Positions 38,555 through 50,459 of a DNA stretch of 64,000 nucleotides are shown here, in pieces (position 1 is the stretch's first letter; the number at the start of each line of letters is the position of its first letter). A program made the position numbers and the translations under genes. The notes below the pieces were generated by a model. The model saw nothing but the letters and a program-made list of their open reading frames with translations, was not told the DNA's origin and ran no database searches. The DNA lies in NCBI GenBank assembly GCA_030390025.1, contig CM059432.1, positions 140,246,001 through 140,310,000 of the forward strand. Direction: 5' to 3'. The stretch comes from Squalus acanthias. Lineage: Eukaryota.

Positions 38555-39463
38555 ATGGCAGGACCGCTCGGTGCTGTGACATGCTCTTCCTGCACTATGT
38601 GGGAAATCAGGGACACTTCCTGTGTCCCTGACAACCATGTGTGTGGGAGGTGTATCCAGCTGCAGCTACTGACAGACCGCATTGTGGCGCTGGAGCTGCG
38701 GATGGATGCATACTGGAGCATTCGCGATGCTGAGGACATCGTGGATAGCACGTTTAGGGAGTTGGTCACACCGCAGGTAAAGGGTGTACAGGCAGGAAGG
38801 GAATGGGTGACCACCAGGCAGAGTAATAGGCGCAGGCAGGTAGTGCAGGGGTCCCCTGTGGCCATCCCCCTCTCAAACAGATATACCGCTTTGGATATTG
38901 TTGAGGGAGATGGCTTATCAGGGGAAGACAGCAGCAGCCAACTTCCTAGCACCGTAGGTGGTTCTGCTGCACAGGATGGGAGGAAAAAGAGTGGGAGAGC
39001 TATAGTGATAGGGGATTCTATTGTAAGGGGAATAGATAGGCGTTTCTGCGGCCACAAACGAGACTCCAGGATGGCATGTTGCCTCCCTGGTGCAAGGGTC
39101 AAGGATGTCTCAGAGCATCTACAGAGCATTTTAGAAGGGGAGGGTGAACAGCCAGTTGTCGTGGTGCATATAGGTACCAACGATATAGGTAAAAAACGGG
39201 ATGAGGTCCTAAAAGCAGAATATAGGGAGTTAGGAGGTAAATTAAAAAATAGGACCTCAAAGGTAGTAATCTCAGGATTGCTACCAGTGCCACATGCTAG
39301 TCAGAGTAGAAATAGAAGGATATTTCAAATGAATACGTGGCTAGAGGAATGGTGCAAGGGGGAGGGATTCAAATTCCTGGGGCATTGGAACCGGTTCTGG
39401 GGAGGTGGGACCAGTACAAACCGGATGGTCTACACCTGGGCAGGGCCGGGACCGATGTCCTAG
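38555..39463 (+). CDS. CR1 ORF1: zinc-finger/leucine-zipper region plus SGNH esterase domain (frameshifted near the end)
   Basis: CxxC..CxxC; VIGDSIVR, CLPGA and HIGTND esterase blocks. Confidence 0.85.
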   Translation: MAGPLGAVTCSSCTMWEIRDTSCVPDNHVCGRCIQLQLLTDRIVALELRMDAYWSIRDAEDIVDSTFRELVTPQVKGVQAGREWVTTRQSNRRRQVVQGSPVAIPLSNRYTALDIVEGDGLSGEDSSSQLPSTVGGSAAQDGRKKSGRAIVIGDSIVRGIDRRFCGHKRDSRMACCLPGARVKDVSEHLQSILEGEGEQPVVVVHIGTNDIGKKRDEVLKAEYRELGGKLKNRTSKVVISGLLPVPHASQSRNRRIFQMNTWLEEWCKGEGFKFLGHWNRFWGGGTSTNRMVYTWAGPGPMS

Positions 39464-39524
39464 GGGGAGTGTTTGCTAGTGCTCTGGGGGAGGGTTTAAA
39501 CTGAAATGGGTTGGGAACCTGAGC

Positions 39525-42474
39525 ATGGAGACAGAGGAAAGGGAAACAAGGATAAAAACAAAAGATAGGAAGGAGAAAAACAAAAGTGGCAGTCAGAGAA
39601 AACAACGGTTTAAATCAAACATGGCCACAGTAAATACTAATTCTAATAGGTATAAGAGCGTTAAAAAAACAAGCCTGAAGGCTTTGTGTCTTAATGCAAG
39701 GAGCATTCGGAACAAGGTGGATGAATTAGCTGCGCAAATAGAGGTAAACGAATATGATTTGATTGGGATTACAGAAACATGGCTCCAGGGTGGCCAAGGC
39801 TGGGAACTCAACATCCAGGGGTACTCAATATTCAGGAAAGATAGGCAAAAAGGAAAGGGAGGTGGGGTAGCATTGCTGGTTAAAGAGGGGATTAACACAA
39901 TTGAAAGGAAGGATATTAGCTCTGATGATGTGGAATCTGTATGGGTTGAACTGAGAAATAACAAGGGGCAGAAAACATTAGTGGGAGTGATATATAGACC
40001 TCCAAACAGTAATGCGGAGGTTGGGGATGGCATTAAAAGGAAAATTAGAGAATCGTGCAATAAGGGCACAGCAGTCATCATGGGTGACTTTAATTTACAT
40101 ATAGATTGGGCTAACCAAATTAGTAACAATACTATGGAGGAGGAATTCCTGGAGTGTTTATGGGATGGTTTCCTGGACCAATATGTCGAGGAACCAACCA
40201 GAGATCAGGCCATCTTAGACTGGGTATTATGCAATGAGAAAGGATTAATTAGCAATCTTGTTGTGCGAGGCCCCTTGGGTCGGAGCGATTATAATATGAT
40301 AGAATTCTTCATTAAGATGGAGAGGGAAGTAGTTGACTCAGAGACTAGGGTCCTGAATTTAAATAAAGGAAACTACGATGGAATGAGGTGCGAGTTGGGT
40401 AGGATTGATTGGGGAATGTTACTCAAAGGGTTGACGGTGGATAGGCAATGGCAAACATTCAAAGACCGCATGGACGAACTACAGAATTTGTTCATCCCAG
40501 TTTGGCATAAGAATAAAACAAAAAGGGTGACTCAACCATGTCTAACAAGGGAAATTAGGGATAGCATAAGATCCAAGGAGAGGGCATATAAATTGGCCAG
40601 AAAAAGCAGTAACCCTGAGGATTGGGAGCAGTTTAACAAAGGAGGACAAAGGGATTAATTAAGAAGGGGAAAATAGAATACGAGAGTAAGCTTGCAGGGA
40701 ACATAAAAACTGACTGTAAAAGCTTTTATAGATATGTGAAGAGAAAAAGATTAGTGAAATCAAACATAGGTCCCTTGCAGTCAGAATCAGGGGAAGTTAT
40801 AAGGGGAACAAAGAAATGTCAGACCAATTAAATACATATTTTGGTTCTGTCTTCACAAAGGAGGACACAAATAACCTCCCAGAGATGTTGGGGAACATAA
40901 GGTCTGATGAAAGGGAGGAACTGAAAGAAATCAGTATTTGTAGGGAAATGGTGTTAGGGAAATTGAAGGGATTGAAGGCCGATAAATCCCCAGGGCCTGA
41001 TAATCTACATCCTAGGGTACTTAAGGAAGTGGCCCTAGAAATAGTAGATGCATTGCTGATCATCTTCCAACATTCGATGGAATCTGGAACAGTACCCATG
41101 GATTGGAGGGTAGCTAATGTTACCCCACTATTCAAAAAGGGTGGTAGAGAGAAAACGGGGAATTACAGACCGGTAAGCCTGACATCGGTAGTGGGGAAAA
41201 TGCTAGAGTCCATTATAAAAGATGTAATAGCTGAGCACTTGGAAAACAGTGACAGGATCGGACAAAGTCAACATGGATTTACAAAAGGTAAATCATGCTT
41301 GACTAATCTACTGGAATTTTTTGAGGATGTAACTGGTAAAATAGATAAGGGAGAACCAGTGGATGTGGTGTATTTGGACTTCCAAAAGGCTTTTGATAAG
41401 GTCCCGCATAAGAGATTAGCGTGTAAAGTTAAGGCACATGGGATTGGGGGAAAGGTATTGACTTGGATAGAGAATTGGTTGGCAGACAGAAAGCAAAGAG
41501 TTGGAATAAACGGGTCTTTTTCCGAGTGGCAGGCAGTGACTAGTGGGGTACCGCAGGGATCGGTCCTTGGACCCCAGCTATTCACAATATATATTAATGA
41601 TCTAGACAAGGGAACTAGATGTAATATCTCCAAGTTTGCAGACGACACAAAACTGGGTGGGCGTGTGTGCTGTGAGGAGGATGCCGAGAAACTCCAGGAT
41701 GATTTTGACAGGTTGGGTGATTGGGCAGAAGCGTGGCAGATGCAATATAATGTGGATAAATGCGAGGTTATCCACTTTGGTGTCAAAAACAGGAAGGCAG
41801 ATCATTATCTGAATGGCAATAGATTGGGAGAAGGGGAAGTGCAACGAGACCTGGGTGTCCTTGTGCACCAGTCGCTGAAGGTAAGCATGCAGGTGCAGCA
41901 GGCGGTCAAGAAGGCAAATGGTATGTTGGCCTTCATAGCGAGAGGGTTTGAGTACAAGAACAAGGATGTCTTGCTGCAGTTGTACAGGGCCTTGGTGAGA
42001 CCACACCTTGAGTACTGTGTGCAGTTTTGGTCGCCTTATCTGAGGAAGGATATTCTTGCCATGGAAGGAGTTCAGCGAAGATTCACAAGGCTGATACCTG
42101 GGATGGCAGGAATGGCGTATGAAGAGAGATTGGGTCGATTGGGCTTATACTCGCTGGAGTTTAGAAGAATGAGAGGGGATCTCATTGAAACTTATAAAAT
42201 TCTGACAGGACAGGACAAACTAGATGCAGGAAGGATGTTCCCGATGGTCGGGGAGTCCAGAACCAGGGGTCACAGTCTAAGGATAAGGGGTAATCCATTT
42301 AGGACAGAAATGAGGAGGAATTTCTTCACCCAGAGAGTGGTGAACCTGTGGAATTCTCTGCCACAGAAGGCAGTAGAGGCCAAGTCATTAAATAGATTCA
42401 AGAAGGAGTTGGATATATTTCTTAAGGCTAAAGGGATCAAGGAATATGGGGAGAAAGCAGGGACAGGGTACTGA
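39525..42474 (+). pseudogene. CR1 ORF2 (APE endonuclease plus RT), with two frameshifts near 40635 and 40810
   Basis: LNARSI, ITETWL, YRPP, GDFN endonuclease motifs; QHGF, GVPQGS and KFADD RT motifs. Confidence 0.93.
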
Positions 42475-42919
42475 ATTTGGATGATCAGCCATGGTCGCAT
42501 TGAATGGCGGAGCAGGCTAGAGGGGCCGAATGGCCTACTCCTGCTCCTATCTTCTATGATTCTATGTGAGAAGGCAGTGCGCTAGGAGGATGGAGCAATG
42601 GTGGGAGCGTGCAGGTCATGTGATGAAACCTCCAGGAGTACGCCCAACCAGAGTTAGCAACCCTACTTCGCAGTAATGCGTTCAATATTCCTATTTTATT
42701 TTGGTCACATGATGTATTACTTCAGTAACTTTGCTGCGAGTCTCTGATACAGGACCGTAGTAACAACAACAACTTGTATTTATTGAGTGCCTTTAAAAAA
42801 AAAAGAAAGATTTGCATTTATATAGCGCTTTTCACGACCATCGGACGTCCCAAAGCGCTTTACAACCAATGAATTACTTTTTGAAGTGTAGTCACTGTTG
42901 TAATGTAGGAAATAGTAAA

Positions 42920-43205
42920 ATGTAAATAAAAACACAAAATTCTGGAAATACTCAGCAGGTCAGGCAGCATCTGTGGAGAGAGAAACAGAGTTAACGTTTC
43001 AGGTCGATGACCCTTCGTCAGAACTGGAAAAGCTGGAGATGTAACAGGTTTTTAAGCAAGTGCAGGGGCAGGGAAAGTGGGGAGGGGATGAAAGAACAAA
43101 AGGGAAGGTCTGTGATAGGATGGAAGGCAGGAGAGATTAAGAGACAAAAGAGATGATGGTGCAAGGCTAAAGGAGATGGTAATGGGACAAGTTAAGAAAC
43201 AAAGT
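42920..43205 (-). mobile_element. Penelope-like 3' end, family 2
   Basis: Reverse complement of about 53580-53885. Confidence 0.8.
42989..43025 (-). ncRNA. Minimal hammerhead ribozyme motif (family 2)
   Basis: AGUU-CUGACGA-AGGGUCAUCGACCU-GAA-ACGU-U-AACU. Confidence 0.8.
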
Positions 43206-43289
43206 TTGAAGGTTCACCAGACTGGTTCCTGGGATGGGGGGATTGTCCTATGAGGAGAGATTGATTAGACTAGGCCTATATTCTCTGGT

Positions 43290-43697
43290 GTGGAGATGCC
43301 GGTGTTGGACTGGGGTGGACAAATGTGAGAAGTCGCACAACACCAGGTTATAGTCCAACAGCTTTATTTGAAATCACAAACTTTCGGAGCGCTGCTCCTT
43401 CATCAGGTGAAGTGAAGAGATGCATATAGGCACAGCATATATAGTCAGAGAACACGGCCAGATGATTACAGTTAATCTTTATAACTGCCCTTTATCACAC
43501 CTCGGCAGAGAGACAATCACGGCAATCAAAGGTGTGAATGGTGTCCAAACAGGTCAGTCAGGAAAACATTACATCAAAGACAATGAGGTGGGGTCACAAG
43601 GGGTCAAATGTGGCAGATGCTGGGGTCTGTATGGAAAACAACAAACTGTTTTTGCTGGAAATCACAGCAGGTCCGGCCGCATCTGTGTAGAGAGAAC
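43290..43697 (-). mobile_element. Penelope-like 3' end, family 1, with a hammerhead motif at 43374-43410
   Basis: Matches 54143-54429; CUGAUGA..GAAA core. Confidence 0.8.
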
Positions 43698-44606
43698 AAG
43701 CCTGCTCAGGCTCTTCCTCCTGGACAGTGGGGAGGGGGGCTCTCGATGGTCCTGTGGGGAAGTAAAGGCATGAGTTAGACATGTGATATTAACGTAGCAT
43801 GCACATGGAATAGTGCATAGCATAGATGCTTAGAAGGAGACAAAGATGGAGTGAGGTGCCAACACCAAGGGCCTTCCCTGTGCGTTGTTAGTTGTTGGCA
43901 TAGCATCACAGTGATAGCAAGTGTGAGGGCAGCATAGTCGAATAGTGAAGTGATTGTGTACATAGAGAGAGAGGGATGGTTAAGGGTGCAAGGGATGTAA
44001 GGGTAAAGTGGGATGCGCAGGAGTAGGTTAACAATGCAGAGTGCTGGTGATGAGAGGAGATGGGGAGCAGATTGAGGGTAATGGTGATGTTATACTCACT
44101 TTCCCTGCGCGGACCAGGTCATTGAACCTTTTTCGGCACCGCACCCAGGTTCGAGTGCACATCGATGTCGAGCTGACCTCCTGAGTAACTTGCAGCCACA
44201 CAGCTTTGGTCTGCTGTGGTGGCTTCTTCCTCCCAGAGGATGGGAAGAGTACCTCCTTTTGACCTCTGACTCCCTCCACAAGAGCATGGAGGGAGTCATC
44301 AGCAAATCGTGGTGAGGCCTTCGCCCTTGTGGTTGCCATGTCAGCAGTAGTCAGCAGAGTAGACAATCCAGAGGCAAAAAAATAAGAGAATGAACCAAGG
44401 CTGCATGGGCCCCTTAAAAGCAGCTGGCTCACTGAGGTCAGCAGAGGCGAGTTCCAGACCCAAAACACTAATTGGCCAGGGGAGTGCACACGCCGGGACT
44501 CAACTGCCCAATTAGGGCAAAATCGCTAATTTTTACCGGCTGAAAGCGGAGGCGGGACCAGGACCCGCCGACCACCTGACCCGCGCCCAATGGGAAAATC
44601 GTGGCC
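43698..44606 (-). mobile_element. Harbinger left-end fragment with an intact Myb/SANT exon 1 (about 44100-44340)
   Basis: MATTRAKASPRFADDSLHALVEG..W..V..TRTWVRCRKRFNDL followed by a gtgagt donor; TIR AAAATCGTGGCC. Confidence 0.85.
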
Positions 44607-45239
44607 AATGTCTCAGCAGCGTTATGGCTGACAAAAAAGTTTCCCCATGATGGCGCCTTTAAATAGCGCGCGCGGAGCTGACTCCCGACTGCAACTCGGC
44701 AGTTGATGTCGTTGTTAGCGCCAGGCAGTAAGTGACGGGGCGCGGCCGAATTTTACATCCGGGGCACTACGCACGGTGATGACATCATCATCACCGGACG
44801 GGGCTGAGCAGGGCGGGGCGCTAACTCTTTGAGCCTCCGCAAAAACCCGGCCCAATTTAGCGCGGGGCGCTAATATCGCCGCGCTCCAGGCGGAAACCCA
44901 TTTACACCCCGTGGAGCCGCTAATGGCAGGCGCAAAGCAGCCGAATTTCACGCCCAGTGTCTTCCAGAAAGGCGGGGAGAAAAGAGAAGCAAATCGGGAA
45001 GAAATGGTAACGGTGAAACATTTCCACATATCAGACAGATTAACACACCCTGGCATTTTAGGGTTGGGAAAACACTGCTTAATGGCTTGCAGTTCTCTGT
45101 AGCTGCTTATGATCTCATATTAGCCTCATTGTATGCTAAGTGTCACATGATTCATTATATGCATTTCATTGTAAAAAGTTACACTTCCCACTGCATAATA
45201 TATAATTAACTATATAATGTATGCACATTAGAGTTAAAT

Positions 45240-45965
45240 CCAGAGAGTGGTTAGAATGTGCAACTCGTTACTATGGAGTGGTTGAGATGAATAGCATTGA
45301 TGCATTTAAGGGGAAGTTGGGTAAACACACGAGGGAGAAAGGAATAGAAGGATATGTTGATAGGGTTGGATTAAGGGTGGGAGGAGGCTGGTGTGGAGCA
45401 TAAACACCGGCATGGACCAGAATGGCCTGTTTCTGTGCTGTAATGTTCAATGAAAAATGCACACATTGTATAGTGAGAATAATTAATATTTATCTTGTAA
45501 ATATGGAATTATACACTGCTGGTATACCAGGGATGAGGGACTTGAGTTATTTGGAGAGACTAGAGAAGCTGGCATTGTTCTCCTTAGAGCAGAGAAGGTT
45601 AAGGGGAGATTTAATAGAGGTGTTCAAAATTATGAATAGTTTTGATCGAGTAAACAAGGACAAACTACTTCCACTAGTAACCAGAGGACACAGAATTTAG
45701 ATAATTTGCAAAAGAACCAAAGGGGAGATGAGGTGAAATTTATTTACTCAGCGAGTTGTTATGATCTGGAATGTACTGTCTGAAAAGGATGAAGGAAGCA
45801 GATTCAATAGTAACTTTCAAAAGGGAATTGGATATATATGGGAAAAATTCGCAGGGCTATGGGAAAGAGTAGGGGGAGTGAGACTAATTGAATCGCTCTT
45901 TCAAAGAGCCAGCACAGGCACGATGGGCCGAATGACCTCCTTCTGTGCTGTGATCCTATGATTGT
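45240..45965 (+). mobile_element. Two CR1 3' fragments
   Basis: [25 protein letters not shown] and CR1 tails. Confidence 0.75.
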
Positions 45966-46921
45966 ATTTCAGTGTGCGATGTGCTAGGTTATCTAATATA
46001 TCATTTTACAGAATGCTTACATGTACACCCTAACGGTGCCTCCTATTGTGAGTTCTATGCTCTCCAATCGCAGTGAATGTTCCTTCGCAAGCTGGCATCC
46101 CAGGGCCAGTGCATTCTTTGAACAAGACGCTTGTTAAAATTAAGAATAGAATTACTTTCAGGGGTAAATGCTTAGCTGGCCCATCACTCCCTCTTTTTCT
46201 GTGTCGATTGATTAGGGTTCGAGAGGGTAGTCTCCACCGTAGCTGGAATCAAATGCGATAAACTGCCCGTTCAAAATATGGATTTTTTTTTGGTTGACAT
46301 TTTTGTGTAAGAGAAAAATAGTTGTTCTGAAAAAGAACATATAATGAGTAGGTTGGTGAATCCAAGAGGCAGTAGGAGCCGGCACCCTACTGTTTGAATC
46401 GGTAATGCGGAGACTTTCGGACAATTTACCACAAGCAGACTTTATTAGCCGAGGCATAGAATATAAGAACAGGGAGGTTATGCTTGAACTGTATAACACA
46501 AGCTAGACCACAGCTAGAGTACTGCGTACTGTTCTGGTCACCACATTACGGGAAAGATGTGATTGCACTAGAGAGGGTACAGAGGAGATTTACGAGGATG
46601 TTGCCAGGACTGGAGAATTTTAGCTATGAGGAAAGATTGGCTAGGCTGGGGTTGTATTCTTTGGAACAGAGGAGGCTGAGGGGGAGATTTAATTGAGGTG
46701 GAGAAAATTATGAGGAGCCTAGATAGAGTGGATAGGAAGGACCTATTTCCCTTAGCAGAGAGGTCAATAACCAGGGGGCATAGATTTAAAGTAGTTGGTA
46801 GAAGGATTAGAGGGGAGTTGAGGAGAACATTTTTTACCCAGAGGGTGGTGGGGGTCTGGAACTCACTGCCTGAAAGGGTGGTGGAGGTAGAAACCCTCGT
46901 CGCATTTAAAAAGTACTTGGA

Positions 46922-49602
46922 TTTTTTTTTAATGGGATGTGGGCGTCGCTGGCAAGGCCAGCATTTATTGCCCATCCCTAGTTGCCCTTGAGAAGGTGGT
47001 GGTGAGTCACCTTCTTGAACCGCTGCAGTCCATGTGGTGAAGGTACTCCCACATTGCTTTTAGTATTTTGTTTTAGAACATATAGAACATAGAACAGTAC
47101 AGCACAGTACAGGCCCTTCGGCCCTCGATGTTGTGCCGAGCATTGTCCGAAACCAAGATCAAGCTATCCCACTCCCTATCATTCTGGTGTGCTCCATGTG
47201 CTTATCCAATAACCGCTTGAAAGTTCCTAAAGTGTCCGACTCCACTATCACAGCAGGCAGTCCATTCCACACACCAACCACTCTGAGTAAAGAATCTACC
47301 TCGGACATCCCTTCTATATCTCCCCCCATGCAGCTTATAGTTATGCCCCCTTGTAACAGCTACATCCACCCGAGGAAATAGTCTCTGAACATCCACTCTA
47401 TCTATCCCCCTCATCATCTTATAAACCTCTATTAAGTCGCCTCTCATCCTCCTCCGCTCTAAAGAGAAAAGCCCTAGCTCCCTCAATCTTTCCTCATAAG
47501 ACCTCCCCCCCCCCCCAAACCAGGCAGCATCCTGGTAAATCTCCTTTGCACTCTTTCCAATGCTTCCACGTCCTTCCTATAGTGAGGTGACCAGAACTGC
47601 ACACAATATTCCAAATGTGGTCTCACCAAGGTCCTGTACAGTTGCAGCATAACCTCACGGTTCTTAAACTCAAACCCCTTGTTAATAAATGCTAACACAC
47701 TATAGGCCTTCTTTACTGCTCTATCCACTTGAGTGGCAACCTTCAGAGATCTGTGGATATGAACCCGCAGATCCCTCTGTTCCTCCACGTTCCTCAGAAC
47801 CCTGCCGTTGACCTTGTAATCCTTATTCAAATTTGCCCTACCAAAATGAATCACCTCGCACTTATCAGGGTTAAATTCCATCTGCCATTTTTCGGCCCTG
47901 CTCTGCATCCTATCGATGTCTCTTTGCAGCCTACAACAGCCCTCCACCTCATCCACTACTCCACCAATCTTGGTGTCATCAGCAAATTTACTGATCCACC
48001 CTTCAGTCCCCTCCTCCAAGTCATTGATAAAAATCACAAACAGCAGAGAACCCAGCACCGACCCCTGTGGCACACCGCTGGTAACTGGTCTCCAGTCCAA
48101 AAAATTTCCATCCACCACCACCCTCTGCCTTCTATGAGATAGCCAGTTACTTATCCAATCGGCCAAATTTCCCTCTATCCCACAACTCCTTACTTTCTTC
48201 ATGAGCCGACCATGGGGAACCTTATCAAACGCCTTACTAAAATCCATGTATACGACATCAACTGCTCTACCTTCATCTACACACTTAGTTACCTCCTCAA
48301 AGAATTCAATCAAATTTGTTAGGCAAGACTTACCCTTCATGAATCCGTGTTGACTATCCCGGATTAAGTTGCATCTTTCCAAATGGTCATAAATCCTATC
48401 CCTCAGGACCTTTTCCATTATCTTACCAACCACCGAAGTAAGACTAACCGGCCTATAATTACCAGGGTCATTCCTATTTCCTTTCTTGAAGAGAGGAACA
48501 ACATTCGCCACTCTCCAGTCCTCTGGCACCATCCCCGTGGACAGTGAGGACCCAAAGATCAAAGCCAAAGGCTCTGAAATCTCCTCCCTTGCCTCCCAAA
48601 GAATCCTAGGATATATCCCATCTGGCCCAGGGGACTTATCGACCCTCAGGTTCTTCAAAATTGCTAAAACATCTTCCCTCAGAACATCTACGTCCTCCAG
48701 CCTATCCACCTTTATCACACTCTCATCCTCAAAAACATGGCCCCTCTCCTCGGTGAACACTGACGAAAAGTATTCATTCATCACCTCTCCTATCTCTTCT
48801 GACTCCATGCACAAGTTCCCACTACTGTCCTTGACCGGCCCTACCCTCACCCTGGTCATTCTTTTATTTCTCACATAAGAGTAAAAAGCCTTGGGGTTTT
48901 CCTTGATCCTGACCCGCCAAGGACTTCTCATGCCCCCTCCTAGCTCTCCTAAGCTCTTTTTTTAGCTCATTCCTTGCTACCTTGTACCCCTCAATCGACC
49001 CAACTGAACCTTGTTTTCTCATCCTTACATACGCTTCGTTTTTCCTCTTGACTAGACATTCAACCTCTTTTGTGAACCATGGTTCTCTCACTCGGCCATT
49101 TCCTCCCTGCCTGACAGGTACATACCTATCAAGGACACGCAGTAATTGCTCCATGAAAAAGCTCCACTTTTCGTTTGTGCCTTTCCCTGATAGTTTCTGT
49201 TCCCATCTTATGCTCCCTAATTCTTGCCTAATCGCATCATAATTACCCCTCCCCCAATTATAAACCCTGCCCTGCCGTATGGCCCTATCCCTCTCCATTG
49301 CAATAGTGGTGGTCACTATCTCCAAAGTGGTTTGCTGGGCCATTTCAGAGGGCAATTAAGAGTCAACCACATTGCTGTGGGTCTGGAGTCACATATAGGC
49401 CAGACCAGATTTCCTTCCCTAAAGGACATTAGTGAACCAGATGGTTTTTTACGACAATCTGATAGCTTCATGGTTACCATTACTGATACTAGTAATTATT
49501 CCAGATTTATTTAATTAACTGAATTTAAATTCCCTAGCTGCCGTGGTGGGATTTGAACTCACGGATTACTAGCCCAGTGACATTACCACTACGCTACCGT
49601 CC
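46922..49602 (-). mobile_element. tRNA-derived SINE with a LINE-derived tail, split by CR1
   Basis: Head GGTAGCGTAGTGGTAATG...GAGTTCAAATCCC near 49545-49600; tail at 46922-47060 matches the 3' end of the 14576-17757 LINE. Confidence 0.6.
47073..49303 (-). mobile_element. 5'-truncated CR1 LINE (RT ORF 47483-48931)
   Basis: 482-aa RT ORF and (TTCTA)n tail. Confidence 0.92.
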
Positions 49603-50459
49603 CCTAAGCACTTGAAGTGCTGAAACCTACAGGGCTACGGACCAAGAGCTGGAAAGTGGGATTAGGCTGGATGGCTCTTTTTCAGCCGGCACAGACACGG
49701 TGGGCTGAATAGCCTCCTTCTATGCCGTAAACGTCTAGGATTCTATGATTCAGACCTTACTTCAGTCCTGTTGAAAGAAATGGGTTAATAATGATAAATT
49801 GGTAGCTAAAAGTTGGCACAGGGACAAAAAGTAAACTAAAAACAGGCTTGAACATGGAGGAAACAGGCCAGGGCTGGCTGTATGTCAAGGGTAACAATAT
49901 GTTTATGACCCCCACATAACACTGCAGGGTAGAAGGTATACAGGGTAACTCCCCCCTAGAGAAATCACCCACATGCATGCTCCCCTCTGGCATGCCCCTG
50001 AATTAATTTCATTTGACCTGCATGGCATTTACTTGCTTGTCCTTCGTGTTCAACTGGAGCGATAGTTTGTCCTGCATCTGTCTTTCAAGTTCTGTATGCT
50101 GCTGGTATTTAAAGACAGAATTTTTTTTTTTGCATAGAATTACACAGGATTTTACAGCACAGAAACAGGCCATCCGGCCCAACTGCTCCGTGCCGGTGCT
50201 TATGCTCCACCCGGGCCTCCTCCCACCCCGCTTCATCTCACCCTATCGGCAGAACCTATTCATTCACCAATTACACGCCCATTCTGGAAGTTTATTAATG
50301 CCTTCTTGTATGTTGTCGCAGTCCTCCTCAGTATTAACTATATCTCCCTCCCCCAAATTGGCTTAACGGAGATCTTTTTCCAATATGCTGTGTACTTTTA
50401 TCGGTGACTGGTGTTAATGTTTCAAACAGCCCCGCTTATAATTGCGAAGATGTTTGCTT

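Larger units (their letters stand above)
37972..42566 (+). mobile_element. Near full-length CR1 LINE
   Basis: GC-rich 5' UTR, ORF1, APE endonuclease, RT and a (TTCTATGA)n tail. Confidence 0.95.
46440..49752 (+). mobile_element. CR1 3' fragment (46440-46920 and 49606-49752) hosting a SINE and a second CR1
   Basis: [20 protein letters not shown]; the tail resumes at 49606. Confidence 0.75.

Noticed and set aside
49771..49777. 7-nt micro-exon (ttcaacag|GACTGAA|gtaagg on -)
   Set aside because: Frame-disrupting length, no supporting context, and a CR1 tail immediately adjacent
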